Origin: an uncultured Spirochaetota bacterium
Lineage (GTDB): Bacteria; Spirochaetota; Spirochaetia; SZUA-6; Fen-1364
Direction of reading: 5' to 3'
Assembly: GCA_963820435.1 (NCBI GenBank)
Contig: CAWGAC010000009.1
Coordinates: forward strand, 68,991 to 132,990
Length of the DNA: 64,000 nt
Shown: one piece after another, positions 37,647-47,588 of the stretch
Position numbering within the stretch: position 1 is the stretch's first letter
Layout of the letters: every line of letters begins with the position of its first letter
The notes under the pieces: generated by a model
What the model was told of the DNA's origin: nothing
Databases searched by the model: none
Seen by the model: only the letters and a program-made list of their open reading frames with translations
Translations under genes and position numbers: made by a program

Positions 37647-38060
37647 CTACGAATCGTGCTTCACGTTCAGCAGGACCCCCAGCTTCTGGGCGCTCTCCAC
37701 GAACACGTAGCGTCCCCCTGGATAGTCGCCGCTGTGCCTTTCCGGAATGCCTTTCTTGCCCAGGAACTCGAGAGTGGCCGGCAGATCGTCCACCATGAAG
37801 CCGATGTGGTGGACGCCCTCCCCCTTGGTATCGAGGAACTCCTTCCACGAGCTCGGCTCTCCATCGGGCTCCGTGAGCTCGAGCACGAGAGAGCCCAGAT
37901 CGAAGACAGCCAGCTTGGCGCGCGTCTTTGTCGGTTTTCCTCGAAACCTCGTGTGGGCTTCTTCAGCAGGAGGGATTTGGAATATTTTCGGCATCGGCAA
38001 TCCGAAGATCTCACAGAAGCTTTTCGCTGTTTTTTCAATATCAACAGCTAACGGTTCCAG
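37647..38060 (-). CDS. VOC family protein, paralogue of 33871..34326; N-terminus uncertain or possibly degenerate
   Basis: …LAVDIEKTAKSFCEIFGL…GEGVHHIGFMV… aligns along the whole length of the 151-aa paralogue. There is no good ATG/GTG upstream of the first beta-strand (CTG 38060, or internal ATG 37994). Confidence 0.6.
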   Translation of the reverse strand: MEPLAVDIEKTAKSFCEIFGLPMPKIFQIPPAEEAHTRFRGKPTKTRAKLAVFDLGSLVLELTEPDGEPSSWKEFLDTKGEGVHHIGFMVDDLPATLEFLGKKGIPERHSGDYPGGRYVFVESAQKLGVLLNVKHDS

Positions 38061-38092
38061 ACGGCTCCTCGAGATGCCGCCTGCGCCGCTGA

Positions 38093-38106
38093 TGTCAGCA
38101 TTGACA
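38093..38106. promoter_or_regulatory. candidate LacI-family operator
   Basis: TGTCA-GCAT-TGACA palindrome in the 117-bp divergent region between the VOC/ABC operon and lacI-family gene. Confidence 0.35.
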
Positions 38107-38177
38107 GCTGTGGGCTGGAGACGGATACTGGTAGCGCCCGGTCGGTTGCCCGTAGCGGGCGACAAGGAGCTGGTTTC

Positions 38178-39164
38178 TTGAAGGTGACGATAAAAGAAAT
38201 AGCTGCCATATGCGGATTCTCGATCGGCACCGTCGACCGCGCGATGCACAACAGGAAAGGCATCAACCCGAAGTCTCGTGAACGGGTCCTGTCGGTGGCG
38301 CAGGAGCTCGGGTACCGCCCGCACCTGCTGGCGCGGAGCCTGGTGACCGGCTTCACCATGAGCATCGGCGCGGTCGTCCCCAACCTCAAAAATCCCTTCT
38401 TCTCGGAGCTCGTGGAGGTGATCCAGAAAAAAGCGCGGACCGCGGGATACCACGTGTACATGATGCTCAGCGAGTTCGACCCGAAAGAGGAGATCGCTTC
38501 ACTGGATCGGCTGCGGGCGCTGAACGTCGACGGCATCGTCATCATGCCGGTGAATCGGGGCCGCCCGTTCCAGGCCTACCTGAAGAGTCTCGCGACCCCC
38601 ATCGTCACCATCGCGAACCGCGTATCGAAGCAGTGGACGTGGGTGGGAATCGACGACCGGGCGGCGGTGCGGGACGCCGCCCGGTACGTGATCTCCAGGG
38701 GGTACGCGCGCATCATATTCGTGACGCAGCAGCAGGATCCGCGGTCCTTGCAGAGCCTCTACTGCGACGACCAGCGCATCCTGGGCTACAAGGAAGCGCT
38801 CCACGAGGCGGGGAACTCCCACGTTCCCTGCGTGGTGACGGACGAGACGATGATCCGCATGATCGAAGAATCGCGCCTCGAGGGGTGGGAGCGCACGTGC
38901 ATTCTGTGCTCGTGCGATGCCGTGGCCCTGGAGGTCATGTCCGTGCTGAAGACGCATGGCATCGCCATCCCCGACAAGGTCGGCCTGATGGGGTTCGACA
39001 ACCTGGACGAGCTGAAGTACATCACGCCGCGGCTGACCACGGTGGCCAGCCCGATCAAGAAGATCGGCGAACAGGCGTTCGACTACCTGCTGGAAACCAT
39101 AAAGGGCGAGTGCATCGATTCCCGCGTCCTCGAGCACAGGATCGTCGAAGGGGAGACGGTCTAG
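38178..39164 (+). CDS. LacI-family transcriptional regulator
   Basis: 328 aa. VTIKEIAAICGFSIGTVDRAMHNRKGINPKSRERVLSVAQELGYRPHLLARSL plus a periplasmic-binding-fold effector domain. TTG/GTG start. Confidence 0.9.
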   Translation: MKVTIKEIAAICGFSIGTVDRAMHNRKGINPKSRERVLSVAQELGYRPHLLARSLVTGFTMSIGAVVPNLKNPFFSELVEVIQKKARTAGYHVYMMLSEFDPKEEIASLDRLRALNVDGIVIMPVNRGRPFQAYLKSLATPIVTIANRVSKQWTWVGIDDRAAVRDAARYVISRGYARIIFVTQQQDPRSLQSLYCDDQRILGYKEALHEAGNSHVPCVVTDETMIRMIEESRLEGWERTCILCSCDAVALEVMSVLKTHGIAIPDKVGLMGFDNLDELKYITPRLTTVASPIKKIGEQAFDYLLETIKGECIDSRVLEHRIVEGETV

Positions 39165-39216
39165 GACGTCCCGGGAGGCGCTGTGCGTCCCCTTGAGGCC
39201 GCTCCGCGGACCGTAA

Positions 39217-39232
39217 GACGCCTACTGGCGTC
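39217..39232. terminator. hairpin between convergent lacI-family and dihydropyrimidinase genes
   Basis: GACGCC-tact-GGCGTC. Confidence 0.3.
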
Positions 39233-39251
39233 CCTGGAGGCCGCCCCGGCC

Positions 39252-40652
39252 CTATTTCCACGCGCCCCCGCGGGCCGCGCGCTTGATGTAGCTCCCGCGC
39301 CCTGGCTTCCCGAGGTATTCCTGCCCGTCCACAATGACCTCACCCCGGGAGAGGACCATCCGCGCATTTCCGCGCACCGGGAAGCCCTCGAACATCGAGT
39401 AATCCACCTTCATGTGATGCGTCTTTGCGCTGATCGTGTACGGCGCCTTGGCATCCCAGATCACGAGGTCGGCGTCGCTTCCCGGCGCGATCTCCCCCTT
39501 CCGGGGATACATGCCGAAAATCCGGGCCGGCGTGGTGGAAGTCAGCTCCACGAACCGGTTGAGCGTGAGCTTTCCCGAGTTCACGCCATGGTGGTGGATG
39601 AGCTGGAGCCGATTTTCGATGCCCGGGTCCCCCGTTGGGGATCTTCGTGAAATCGTCCTTGCCCAGGATCTTCTGGTCCTTGAAGCAGAACGGGCAATGA
39701 TCGGTGGAGACCACCTGCAGGTGGTCGTTCTTCAGACCGTCCCAGAGCTTCGGCTGGTGCTCCTTGGGCCGCAGCGGCGGAGTGAAGACGTACTTTGCCC
39801 CTTCGAAGTTCGGCCGCGCCAGCTCATCCACGGAGAGGAGCAGGTACTGGGGGCAGGTTTCGGCAAAGGCCGGCACGCCCCGGTCGCGCGCTTCGCGCAC
39901 CTCGTTCAGCGCGTCCTCCGAGGAGAGGTGCACGATGTACACGGGCACGCCGGGCGATCTCCGCCATGGCGATGGCGCGGTGCACGGCCTCCGCCTCCGC
40001 CCGGGGCGGGCGTGTCAGCGCGTGGTAGATCGGGCGCGGTCTTTCCCTTCCGCGAGCGCGCGGGCCACGAGGACGTCGATGACGCTGCCGTTCTCCGCGT
40101 GCATGCACACGAGCGCGCCGTTCTTCGCCGTCTGGGAGAGGGCCTTGAAGATGGTGGCATCGTCCACCATCAGCACGTTGGGATAGGCCATGAACAGCTT
40201 GAAGCTCGCCACGCCCTCTCTCACCATGTCGTCCATGTCTTCAAGGCCTGAAGCGCCAAGGTCGGTGATGATCATGTGCAGGCCGTAGTCGATCGACGCC
40301 TTGCCCTCGGCCTTCTTCCACCAGGTGTCCAGGGCGTCGCGCATCCGCGTGCCGCGCGCCTGGATGGCGAAATCCACGATGGTCGTCGTCCCGCCGAACG
40401 CGGCCGCGCGCGTACCGGATTCGAAGTCGTCCGCCGACGTGGTGCCGCCGAAAGGCATGTCCAGGTGCGTGTGCGCGTCGATCCCTCCGGGGATCACGTA
40501 CATGCCCTTTCGCGTCGATCACCTTCTCCGCCGACCGGGCGGCGATGCCGCGCCGCACCTCCTTGATGCGCTCTCCCTCGATGAGAACGTCCGCCGCTTT
40601 CGTCTCTTTCGCGGTGACGACGGTACCACCCTCGAATCAATGTGTTTCCCAT
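39252..40652 (-). pseudogene. hydA: dihydropyrimidinase (D-hydantoinase); five frameshifts
   Basis: MGNTLIRG|GTVVTAKETKAADVLIEGERIKEV…VIDAKG|MYVIPGGIDAHTHLDMPFGGT…ALAEGKDRA|PIYHALTRPPRAEAEAVHRAIAMAEIA|GVPVYIVHLSS…STDHCPF…IPNGGPG|IENRLQLIHHHGVNSGKLTL…PGSDADLVIWD… Shifts at about 40630, 40506, 40033, 39953 and 39623, all in G/C triplet runs. Confidence 0.85.
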
Positions 40653-40662
40653 GGTTGCCTCG

Positions 40663-42034
40663 TTATTGCCCGGGCTTGCTGTACGCGCGCCCCGCCGTGC
40701 GCTGTTCCCAGCTCTCGCTCGGCTTGCCTGTCTCCACCTTCTCCATCGTGATGCACTCCTCCACCGGGCAGACCAGCGAGCAGAGGTTGCATCCCACGCA
40801 TTCCTCCTCGTCCACGTGGGGAACGCGGGGAGCGGCCGCGGGCCCGTTTCCGTTGCCCCCGCGCGCCTGGTCGAGCTTGGCGATGGGCGTAAGGGTGATG
40901 CGCTGCCTGCTCCGCGCTTCCCGGACCGCGGGAGGCTCCTTGACCTCGTGGTGGATGCACTGGTGCGCCCCGTCCCAGCACGCAACGTAGCAAAGGTCAC
41001 AGCCGATGCACTTGTCGGGGTTGATGCGCGCAACGATCTTGTAGTTCAGGTCGAGGTGCTTCCACTCGGTCGTCTTCGGCACCGTGCGGCCGCGGAAATC
41101 CTCGATGGTCCGGTATCCCTTTTCATCCATCCAGTTCGAAAGACCGTCGATCATGTCTTCCACGATCCGGTAGCCGTAGTGCATCACGGCCGTGCAGACC
41201 TGGACGTTGCCGCAGCCCAGGAGGATGAACTCCGCCGCCTCCCGCCAGCCTGGCAATGCCCCCGATCCCCGAAAGGGGAAGCGCAACCTCCGGGTCCGAG
41301 GCGATCTGCTGAACAAGGTGCAGCGCGATCGGCTTGACCGCAGGACCGCAATACCCTCCGTGCGCGGAGAGTCCGCCCACGTCGGGCCGCGGCACGAGTG
41401 TGTCCAGATCGATCCCGGTGATCGAGTTGATCGTGTTGATCGCGGACAGCCCGTCCGCGCCGCCCTTCTTTGCCGCGCGCGCGACCAGGCGGATGTCCGT
41501 GACGTTGGGGGTGAGCTTCACCATGACCGGCGTGCGCGCCGCCTCCTTGGCCCACTCCGTGATCATGCAGGAGTATTCGGGCACCTGGCCGACCGCCGAG
41601 CCCATGCCGCGCTCGCTCATCCCGTGCGGGCATCCGAAGTTCAGCTCCAGCCCGTCCGCGCCGGCATCCTCGGCGCGCTTGACGATGTCATGCCAGACAT
41701 CGCGCCTGGATTCCACCATGAGAGAGGCAATGACCGCGTGTTTCGGGTAGCGCTTCTTGACCTCCGCCATCTCGCGCAGATTGTCTTCAATCGGACGGTC
41801 GGAGATCAGCTCGATGTTGTTCAGCCCCATCATCCTCTGGCCGTTCCAATCCACCGAAGAGTAGCGGGAGGCCGTGTTCACCACCGGCTCGCCGATGGTC
41901 TTCCACACGGCGCCACCCCACCCCGCGTCGAACGCGCGCATGATCTGCGCGCCGGAGTTGGTGGGTGGCGCCGAGGCCAGCCAGAAAGGGTTCGGGGAGC
42001 TGATGCCCATGAAAAGCGTCTTGAGGTCAGCCAT
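40663..42034 (-). pseudogene. preA: NAD-dependent dihydropyrimidine dehydrogenase subunit PreA (DHOD-like + 2x[4Fe-4S]); one frameshift
   Basis: ORF 41123..42034 (…NFGCPHGMSERGMGSA…LSGIGGIA) joins ORF 40663..41316 (WREAAEFILLGCGNVQVCTAV…CIGCDLCYVAC…CVGCNLCSLVCP) at about 41250. Confidence 0.85.
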
Positions 42035-42045
42035 CGATTACCTCC

Positions 42046-43428
42046 TCATGCCTTCTGCCGCGCCGCGGTACTCCGCGGATTCTGCGCCGCCGTACTCGGC
42101 GGATTTATCAGGAGCTGCGCCATGGCCTGGGCGGCCCTTTTGCCGTCCGCCACGGCATCCACGACCTCACGGCCGCCGTTCACGCAATCCCCGCCGGCAA
42201 AATATCTCGGATTGGCGGTACGACCGGTCGGCCGGTCCACGGAAACGGCCCTCTTGTCGATTGTGATTCCCCGCGAGGTGCGCAGCAGCTCCAGGAACCG
42301 CGACTGGCCCAAGGCGGGTATGACCATGTCGCAGGTGAACACGAACTCGGAGCCCGGCACCGGTTCGGCGTTTCGCCGGCCCGTTGCATCCGGCGCGCCG
42401 AGGGCGGTCTTCACGAACTTGACGCCCGCCGCATGGCCGTTCGACGCAAGTATTTCCACCGGCTGCGCCCGCCAGTGAAACTGCACGCCTTCGATCTTCG
42501 CGTGATCGTACTCGAAGGGAAAAGCCGGCATCTCTTTCTCTGTCCGACGGTAGAAAATATGCACTTCCTCCGCGCCCAGGCGCCTCGCCGCGTTTGCCGC
42601 ATCGATGGCCGTGTTGCCGCCGCCTATCACCGCCACGACTTTGCCCACGGGGAGATCCGGCTGAGTCTTGTAGCGCTCGATGAACCGCAGCGCGTCGATC
42701 ACGCCGCGTGTGTCCTCCCCCGGAACGCCCAGCATGTCCATGGCGCCGAGTCCCATACCCAGGAAAATGAATGCGTACTCCCGTTCCAGGGTATCCAGCG
42801 CAACATCCTTTCCGACTTCCGCGCGGCGGAACTCCACGCCCAGATCCCGGACCATCTCGACTTCCCGCAGGCTGTCCGACGGACGCAGCTTGTACTCCGC
42901 CACCCCGTAGGTGGCCAGGCCGCCGGGCAAGGGGCGGTTGTCGAACACGGCCACCGCAAAGCCCTGCCGACGCAGCTCGGCGGCGCAGGCAATCGACGCC
43001 GGTCCTCCGCCGATGCAGGCTACCTTCTCCGCATGCCGGACCGGAACGGGCGTTCCCGGCTTCCTCTTCTCATGGAAATCCTCCATGGCGAAGCGCTGCA
43101 GCCGCCCGATTTCTATGGGTTTCTTGTTGTACCGATGCATGACGCACGCGCCTTCGCAGAGCACTTCCACGGGACATGCGCGGGAGCAGCTCATGCCGAG
43201 GATATTCGCCTCCAGGATGGTCCGCGCGGAGCCCCGCACGTTGCCGCTTGCGATCTTCTTGATGAAGCCCGGCACGTCGATGTGCGTGGGGCAGGCGTCC
43301 ATGCAGGGGGCGTCGAAGCAGCCCAGGCAGCGGTTCGCTTCCGTGACCGCGGACTTCGAATCCAGCGCAGGGTGCAGGTCCGCAAAGCGCTCGAGATTTC
43401 GTTTGAGGGGAAGCCCCGGATCGCTCAT
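42046..43428 (-). CDS. preT: NAD-dependent dihydropyrimidine dehydrogenase subunit PreT (glutamate-synthase small-subunit-like)
   Basis: 460 aa. CLGCFDAPC…CPTHIDVP…, VACIGGGPASIACA, VIGGGNTAIDAA. Confidence 0.85.
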   Translation of the reverse strand: MSDPGLPLKRNLERFADLHPALDSKSAVTEANRCLGCFDAPCMDACPTHIDVPGFIKKIASGNVRGSARTILEANILGMSCSRACPVEVLCEGACVMHRYNKKPIEIGRLQRFAMEDFHEKRKPGTPVPVRHAEKVACIGGGPASIACAAELRRQGFAVAVFDNRPLPGGLATYGVAEYKLRPSDSLREVEMVRDLGVEFRRAEVGKDVALDTLEREYAFIFLGMGLGAMDMLGVPGEDTRGVIDALRFIERYKTQPDLPVGKVVAVIGGGNTAIDAANAARRLGAEEVHIFYRRTEKEMPAFPFEYDHAKIEGVQFHWRAQPVEILASNGHAAGVKFVKTALGAPDATGRRNAEPVPGSEFVFTCDMVIPALGQSRFLELLRTSRGITIDKRAVSVDRPTGRTANPRYFAGGDCVNGGREVVDAVADGKRAAQAMAQLLINPPSTAAQNPRSTAARQKA

Positions 43429-43493
43429 GTCGTGCTCCTCGCGGGTCCGAAGTTTTGGTGCACCCTACTATAGTAATAACAGGGCGCAGGAGC

Positions 43494-43522
43494 GGAAATA
43501 AAAATGCCGCGAAACTGCGCGG
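43494..43522 (-). terminator. possible rho-independent terminator after methyltransferase gene
   Basis: Minus strand: CCGCG-cagttt-CGCGG followed by CATTTTTATTT. It is preceded by the GGTACC-ttgcac-GGTACC hairpin. Confidence 0.4.
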
Positions 43523-43552
43523 AGTACCGTGCAAGGTACCGCGGCCGCAATA

Positions 43553-44308
43553 TCAGCCGGGCTTTGCCGCACGGTGAAATCCGAGCGTGCCGGCAAACAG
43601 CGTCCTGGCGGCAACGCTTCGGAAGCCCTGGGCGCGCAGTACATCGGACAGCTCATCGGCGGAGTAGAACATCTCCAGCGCGTTTATGAAGTATGTCCGC
43701 GCGCTCAGGGCCGTCGGGCCGCTTCCGAACAGAACGGCGGTGAACGAGAGGCAGAACCGCAGGTATCCATGATAGAGCTTCTCCACGACTCGATTGCGCG
43801 GGCGCAGCATGTCGCAATGATGAAAACAGCCGCCGGGCTTGAGCACGCGGAAAACTTCCTCGAAGACGCGCCGGATCCGCAGGTGGCGGGAAGCCCATTG
43901 CAGCGTGACGACGTCGAAGTGATTGTCCGGGAAGGGGAGCTCGTGCACGTCGCCAATGAGGCTCTGGATGTGAAAGCCTCTTGCCTCTGCCCTGTCGCGT
44001 CCGACTTCCTGCATGGCCACGCTTCGGTCGATTGCCAGGAGCTCGAGGCTCGGCTCGCGCTGGAGGAGCGCAATGCCCACGGCATTCGTGCCGGCGCAGA
44101 CATCCAGCACACGCTGCCCGGACCGTAAGTCGATTGTCGCCATGAACCTGCCCAGAATCCAGTTCCACAGCCCGAGACTGGCGACAAGATTCGCGCGGTC
44201 GTAGTAGGGGGCAACATCGGCGAACACCTTGTCGAGCTGCCGCCTCCAGACCGTATCGAAACGCCGTTGGCGCGCCTGTTCGCGCGACGCAAGTGGCGGA
44301 GGGCTCAT
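43553..44308 (-). CDS. class I SAM-dependent methyltransferase (UbiE/MenG-like)
   Basis: ORF 43553..44410. Start preferred at MSPPPLASRE (44308). VLDVCAGTNAVG motif I, LKPGG motif. Confidence 0.8.
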   Translation of the reverse strand: MSPPPLASREQARQRRFDTVWRRQLDKVFADVAPYYDRANLVASLGLWNWILGRFMATIDLRSGQRVLDVCAGTNAVGIALLQREPSLELLAIDRSVAMQEVGRDRAEARGFHIQSLIGDVHELPFPDNHFDVVTLQWASRHLRIRRVFEEVFRVLKPGGCFHHCDMLRPRNRVVEKLYHGYLRFCLSFTAVLFGSGPTALSARTYFINALEMFYSADELSDVLRAQGFRSVAARTLFAGTLGFHRAAKPG

Positions 44309-44430
44309 AGTACCGACCTTCCTGGCGGTGCACGTCGCGCGGGCAAAGCCCGCCGCGTGGTCTTCCGGCCGGAAAACAAGAAAGATATTGCTCCTGTTCC
44401 CGGGCGTCAACCGCCTGTCCCCGCCCCATC

Positions 44431-44459
44431 TTGACGGACTTCCTCGTCGGGGCTATATT
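44431..44459 (+). promoter_or_regulatory. candidate sigma-70 promoter of the membrane-protein/wHTH/ABC cluster
   Basis: TTGACG (44431-44436), 17 nt spacer, TATATT (44454-44459). Confidence 0.5.
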
Positions 44460-44465
44460 TCAATT

Positions 44466-44484
44466 AAGTTTATACCATAAACTT
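44466..44484. promoter_or_regulatory. 19-bp palindromic operator candidate
   Basis: AAGTTTAT-ACC-ATAAACTT with perfect 8-bp arms, between the -10 box and the RBS. Confidence 0.5.
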
Positions 44485-44500
44485 GTTTATGGAGGCGCAT

Positions 44501-45208
44501 ATGAGTGCGACGGATCTGAATACTCTCCTTCGCGACGTGGAGGAGCTGCGGCGCGCGGTGAGGCGGAACAGCCCGTTCCTGCGCGAAGTGATCTCCTCGC
44601 GCCTCTTCGCCGCCTACGCGCTGGCCATCGGCCTCGCGGCAACCGCGTTCTGCCTGGCAAGCCAGATCCTTATCGGATGGTACGGCTCCTTCCCCGCCAT
44701 CCCGCAGGGGTGGAAGACAGGCTTCTGGTCGGCTCTCGTGCTGCTCGGCGCCGCAGCCGTGGTCAGCAAGCCGCTGATAATCGGACGGCGCGCCGCCGAA
44801 GTGGACACGCGCGCAACATTCATCACGGTCATCAAGGTGCTGTATGGCGGCCTCGTCTCCAATATCTACGCCCCGGCCTTTCTCTGCATGGTGGCGGCGT
44901 CCGCCTTCGCCGTGACCATCGGTCACCCCTGGTACATCGTCCCGGCCATTGCCGTCTTTTACACCTTCGCGGCCAATGGCGTCGGCCTGTTTGTACAGCG
45001 TCCCGAGTATTTCGCCTCGGGCTGGTATGCCCTGGCCGCGGGGATTGCTTCCGTCTTCTTCCTGGAAAGAGCCCCCTTTATCTGGACAGCGGTCGTGGCG
45101 GGCGGCATGTGCCTGATCTTCGGCATGGTCTCCCTCATCTGGGGCGGCGGGCGCCGCGGAGGCAAGGACGGCTCTGAAGCGCGCAATGCCGAGCCGGGGA
45201 AGAGATGA
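44501..45208 (+). CDS. hypothetical polytopic membrane protein
   Basis: ATG 44501 after GGAGG. About 6 hydrophobic segments. No family recognised. Stop overlaps the next ATG (ATGA). Confidence 0.7.
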   Translation: MSATDLNTLLRDVEELRRAVRRNSPFLREVISSRLFAAYALAIGLAATAFCLASQILIGWYGSFPAIPQGWKTGFWSALVLLGAAAVVSKPLIIGRRAAEVDTRATFITVIKVLYGGLVSNIYAPAFLCMVAASAFAVTIGHPWYIVPAIAVFYTFAANGVGLFVQRPEYFASGWYALAAGIASVFFLERAPFIWTAVVAGGMCLIFGMVSLIWGGGRRGGKDGSEARNAEPGKR

Positions 45209-45588
45209 GCGCGAAGGAGGGCTCGGACCGCAGGGAGCGCGCCCTTTCCGGGCTGGAGCTGGATCGTGTGATCCACGGGCGGGCGCGGCTCGTTCTGCTC
45301 ACGTACCTGGCCTCTTCAGAACGGACGGAAACGAGCTTCACGGAGCTCAGGGACAAGCTCGGCTTCACCGCGGGAAACCTCTCCGTACAGCTCAGGACGC
45401 TCGAGGAGGCCGGCTACGTGAAAATAGACAAGCGCTTCGTCACCCACAAGCCCTTCACGGGCGTGAGGCTCACCGTGAAAGGGGAAAAAGCCATTACGGC
45501 ATACCTGGGGAACCTGGAAGTGATCGTGACGGCCCTTCGAGGCGGAGCACCGGCAGGTCCTCCGGGGGGCGAGCCGGCGGCAAAGTGA
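45205..45588 (+). CDS. winged-helix transcriptional regulator (HTH_34-like)
   Basis: 127 aa. VIHGRARLVLLTYLASSERTETSFTELRDKLGFTAGNLSVQLRTLEEAGYVKIDKRFVTHKPFTGVRLTVKGEKAITAYL. Confidence 0.8.
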   Translation: MSAKEGSDRRERALSGLELDRVIHGRARLVLLTYLASSERTETSFTELRDKLGFTAGNLSVQLRTLEEAGYVKIDKRFVTHKPFTGVRLTVKGEKAITAYLGNLEVIVTALRGGAPAGPPGGEPAAK

Positions 45589-45606
45589 AAGAGAGGGAGC
45601 AGCAGT

Positions 45607-46317
45607 ATGGCGGTATTGCATCTTGAGAAGATCACCAGGGTGTATCGGAAGGGAGACACCGAAGTGCGCGCACTGGACGGCGTTGACCTCGACATCGAGG
45701 CCGGGGAGTTCCTGACCGTGGTGGGGCCTTCGGGCTCGGGAAAGACCACGTTCCTCAACATCCTGGGCTGCCTCGACTCGCCGACCGAAGGACGCATCGT
45801 GTACGACGGGACGGAGCTGCAGGGGCTCGGAGAGAAAGGAAGGTCGGCCTACCGGCGGGAGCGGATCAGCTTCGTCTTCCAGTCCTACAATCTCATTCCC
45901 GTCCTCACCGTCCGGGAGAATGTCGAGCTGCCGCTGGTGATCGAGCGGAAGCGGGATACCGCGGAGATCCGGCGGCGCGCCGAGGAGATGATCGCCGCGG
46001 TGGGCCTTGCCGGCATGGAGAGCCGGTTTCCCCGCGAGCTTTCCGGGGGGCAGGAGCAGCGGGTGGCAATTGCCCGCGCGCTGGTGAAACAGCCGCTCGT
46101 CATTCTTGCGGACGAGCCCACGGCGAACCTGGATTCGCACACGGCGGAGGAGATCGTGGACCTCATGCGCGGCATCAACGCCGCAAGGGGCAGCACGTTC
46201 GTGTTCTCCACGCACGACCGGCTGGTCATGGAGCACGCGCGCCGGGTGGTGACCATCCGCGACGGCCGTGTGACCGCGGACGAACGCAAGAATCCGCCTT
46301 CGGCGGCGGGGAAATAA
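45607..46317 (+). CDS. ABC transporter ATP-binding protein (MacB/LolD/FtsE type)
   Basis: 236 aa. [31 protein letters not shown]. Confidence 0.95.
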   Translation: MAVLHLEKITRVYRKGDTEVRALDGVDLDIEAGEFLTVVGPSGSGKTTFLNILGCLDSPTEGRIVYDGTELQGLGEKGRSAYRRERISFVFQSYNLIPVLTVRENVELPLVIERKRDTAEIRRRAEEMIAAVGLAGMESRFPRELSGGQEQRVAIARALVKQPLVILADEPTANLDSHTAEEIVDLMRGINAARGSTFVFSTHDRLVMEHARRVVTIRDGRVTADERKNPPSAAGK

Positions 46318-46319
46318 AC

Positions 46320-47576
46320 GTGGGTACCCTCTGGAAAATCGCGCTGCGCAACACGGTCCGGCACGCGCGGCGGACCATCATCACCGCGGTGGTAATGATG
46401 GGCGGCATTGCCGTCTTCATATTCTACGATTCCCTGCTGGCAGGGCTGGATCGCATGGCGGTGGACACCATGGAGAGCTACACACTATCGTCGCTGAAGA
46501 TCCGGACTCCCGCCTACGTCCAGGACATCCAGGGTGCGCCGCTGGACAAGGGCCTGGCCCACCCCGAGGAGACGCTTGCCGTGGTGACCGCGCAGGGCCT
46601 GCAGGCCACGCAGCGGATCCGCTTCGTGGCCAGGCTCTCCAACTACACCGACGAAATCCCGGTTCTGGCCGATGCGGTGGACCCTGCCGCCGATCCGAAG
46701 GTGTTCAGGCTCGCCCAGGCCGTCACCGAGGGTGCATGGCTTTCGCGCGCCTCGCCCCATTCAGTCGTGCTCGGAGCGGAGCTGGCGCGCGAGCTTTCGC
46801 TGAATGTGGGTGACACGGTGCTCGTCACCGCGCAAACCGTCCATGACGTCACGAACGCGGACGAATACACGGTGGCGGGGCTCCTGAGCACGCCCGCACC
46901 CGAGGTCAACCGCGGCGGGCTCTTCATGCCGCTGGATGAGGCGCGCGCGCTGCTGGACACGCCTGCGGGGCCGGGCGCGCTCGTGACCGAGGTGGACGTG
47001 GCCCTTCCCCGCGCACCCAGCCTGGCGGCGGCGCTCGCGCAGGGGGAGGCGGCCGCCTCACGTCTTCGCGCCGCGCTCCCGGCGGAACGCATTGATCCGA
47101 TCGGGTCCCTCGCCGCAGGCTACCTCGCGCTTCGAAATGCCAAGGCGAGCTATTCGCTGATACCCGTGATCATCGTGCTCATGATCGCCGCCGTCGGCAT
47201 CGTGAACACCATCCTCATGTCGGTTTTCTCCCGGGTCAGGGAGATCGGCGTCCTGCGGGCATACGGCATGACGGCGCGCGACATCAAACGGCTGTTCACC
47301 CTGGAGGGACTGGCCCTGGGGCTGGCCGGCTCCACCCTTGGCGTGGCACTCGGGGCGGCTCTGGATCTCCTCCTCGTGGTTCGGGGGGTGAGCATGGGCT
47401 CCCTCTCGCAGAGCCTGGGGTCACTTCCGATCTCCGGCGTCCTGCATGGCGAGTGGAACCCGAAGACCATGATCATCGGCTTCCTCTTCGGGGTCGTGGT
47501 GTCCCTGATCGCCGCGCGCATCCCCGCGCGCCGGGCCTCACGCCTTCAGCCGACCGATGCGCTCAGGTTTCAGTAA
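46320..47576 (+). CDS. ABC transporter permease, FtsX/MacB-type (large periplasmic loop)
   Basis: 418 aa, GTG start. 4 TM with a periplasmic domain of about 230 aa. FtsX C-terminal module …[16 protein letters not shown]…. Confidence 0.9.
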   Translation: MGTLWKIALRNTVRHARRTIITAVVMMGGIAVFIFYDSLLAGLDRMAVDTMESYTLSSLKIRTPAYVQDIQGAPLDKGLAHPEETLAVVTAQGLQATQRIRFVARLSNYTDEIPVLADAVDPAADPKVFRLAQAVTEGAWLSRASPHSVVLGAELARELSLNVGDTVLVTAQTVHDVTNADEYTVAGLLSTPAPEVNRGGLFMPLDEARALLDTPAGPGALVTEVDVALPRAPSLAAALAQGEAAASRLRAALPAERIDPIGSLAAGYLALRNAKASYSLIPVIIVLMIAAVGIVNTILMSVFSRVREIGVLRAYGMTARDIKRLFTLEGLALGLAGSTLGVALGAALDLLLVVRGVSMGSLSQSLGSLPISGVLHGEWNPKTMIIGFLFGVVVSLIAARIPARRASRLQPTDALRFQ

Positions 47577-47588
47577 GGAGGAGCCTTC

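Noticed and set aside
37647-38453. 268-aa long form of the VOC ORF
   Set aside because: The upstream 130 codons overlap the LacI-family gene start and its promoter region on the opposite strand. They have no similarity to the VOC paralogue.
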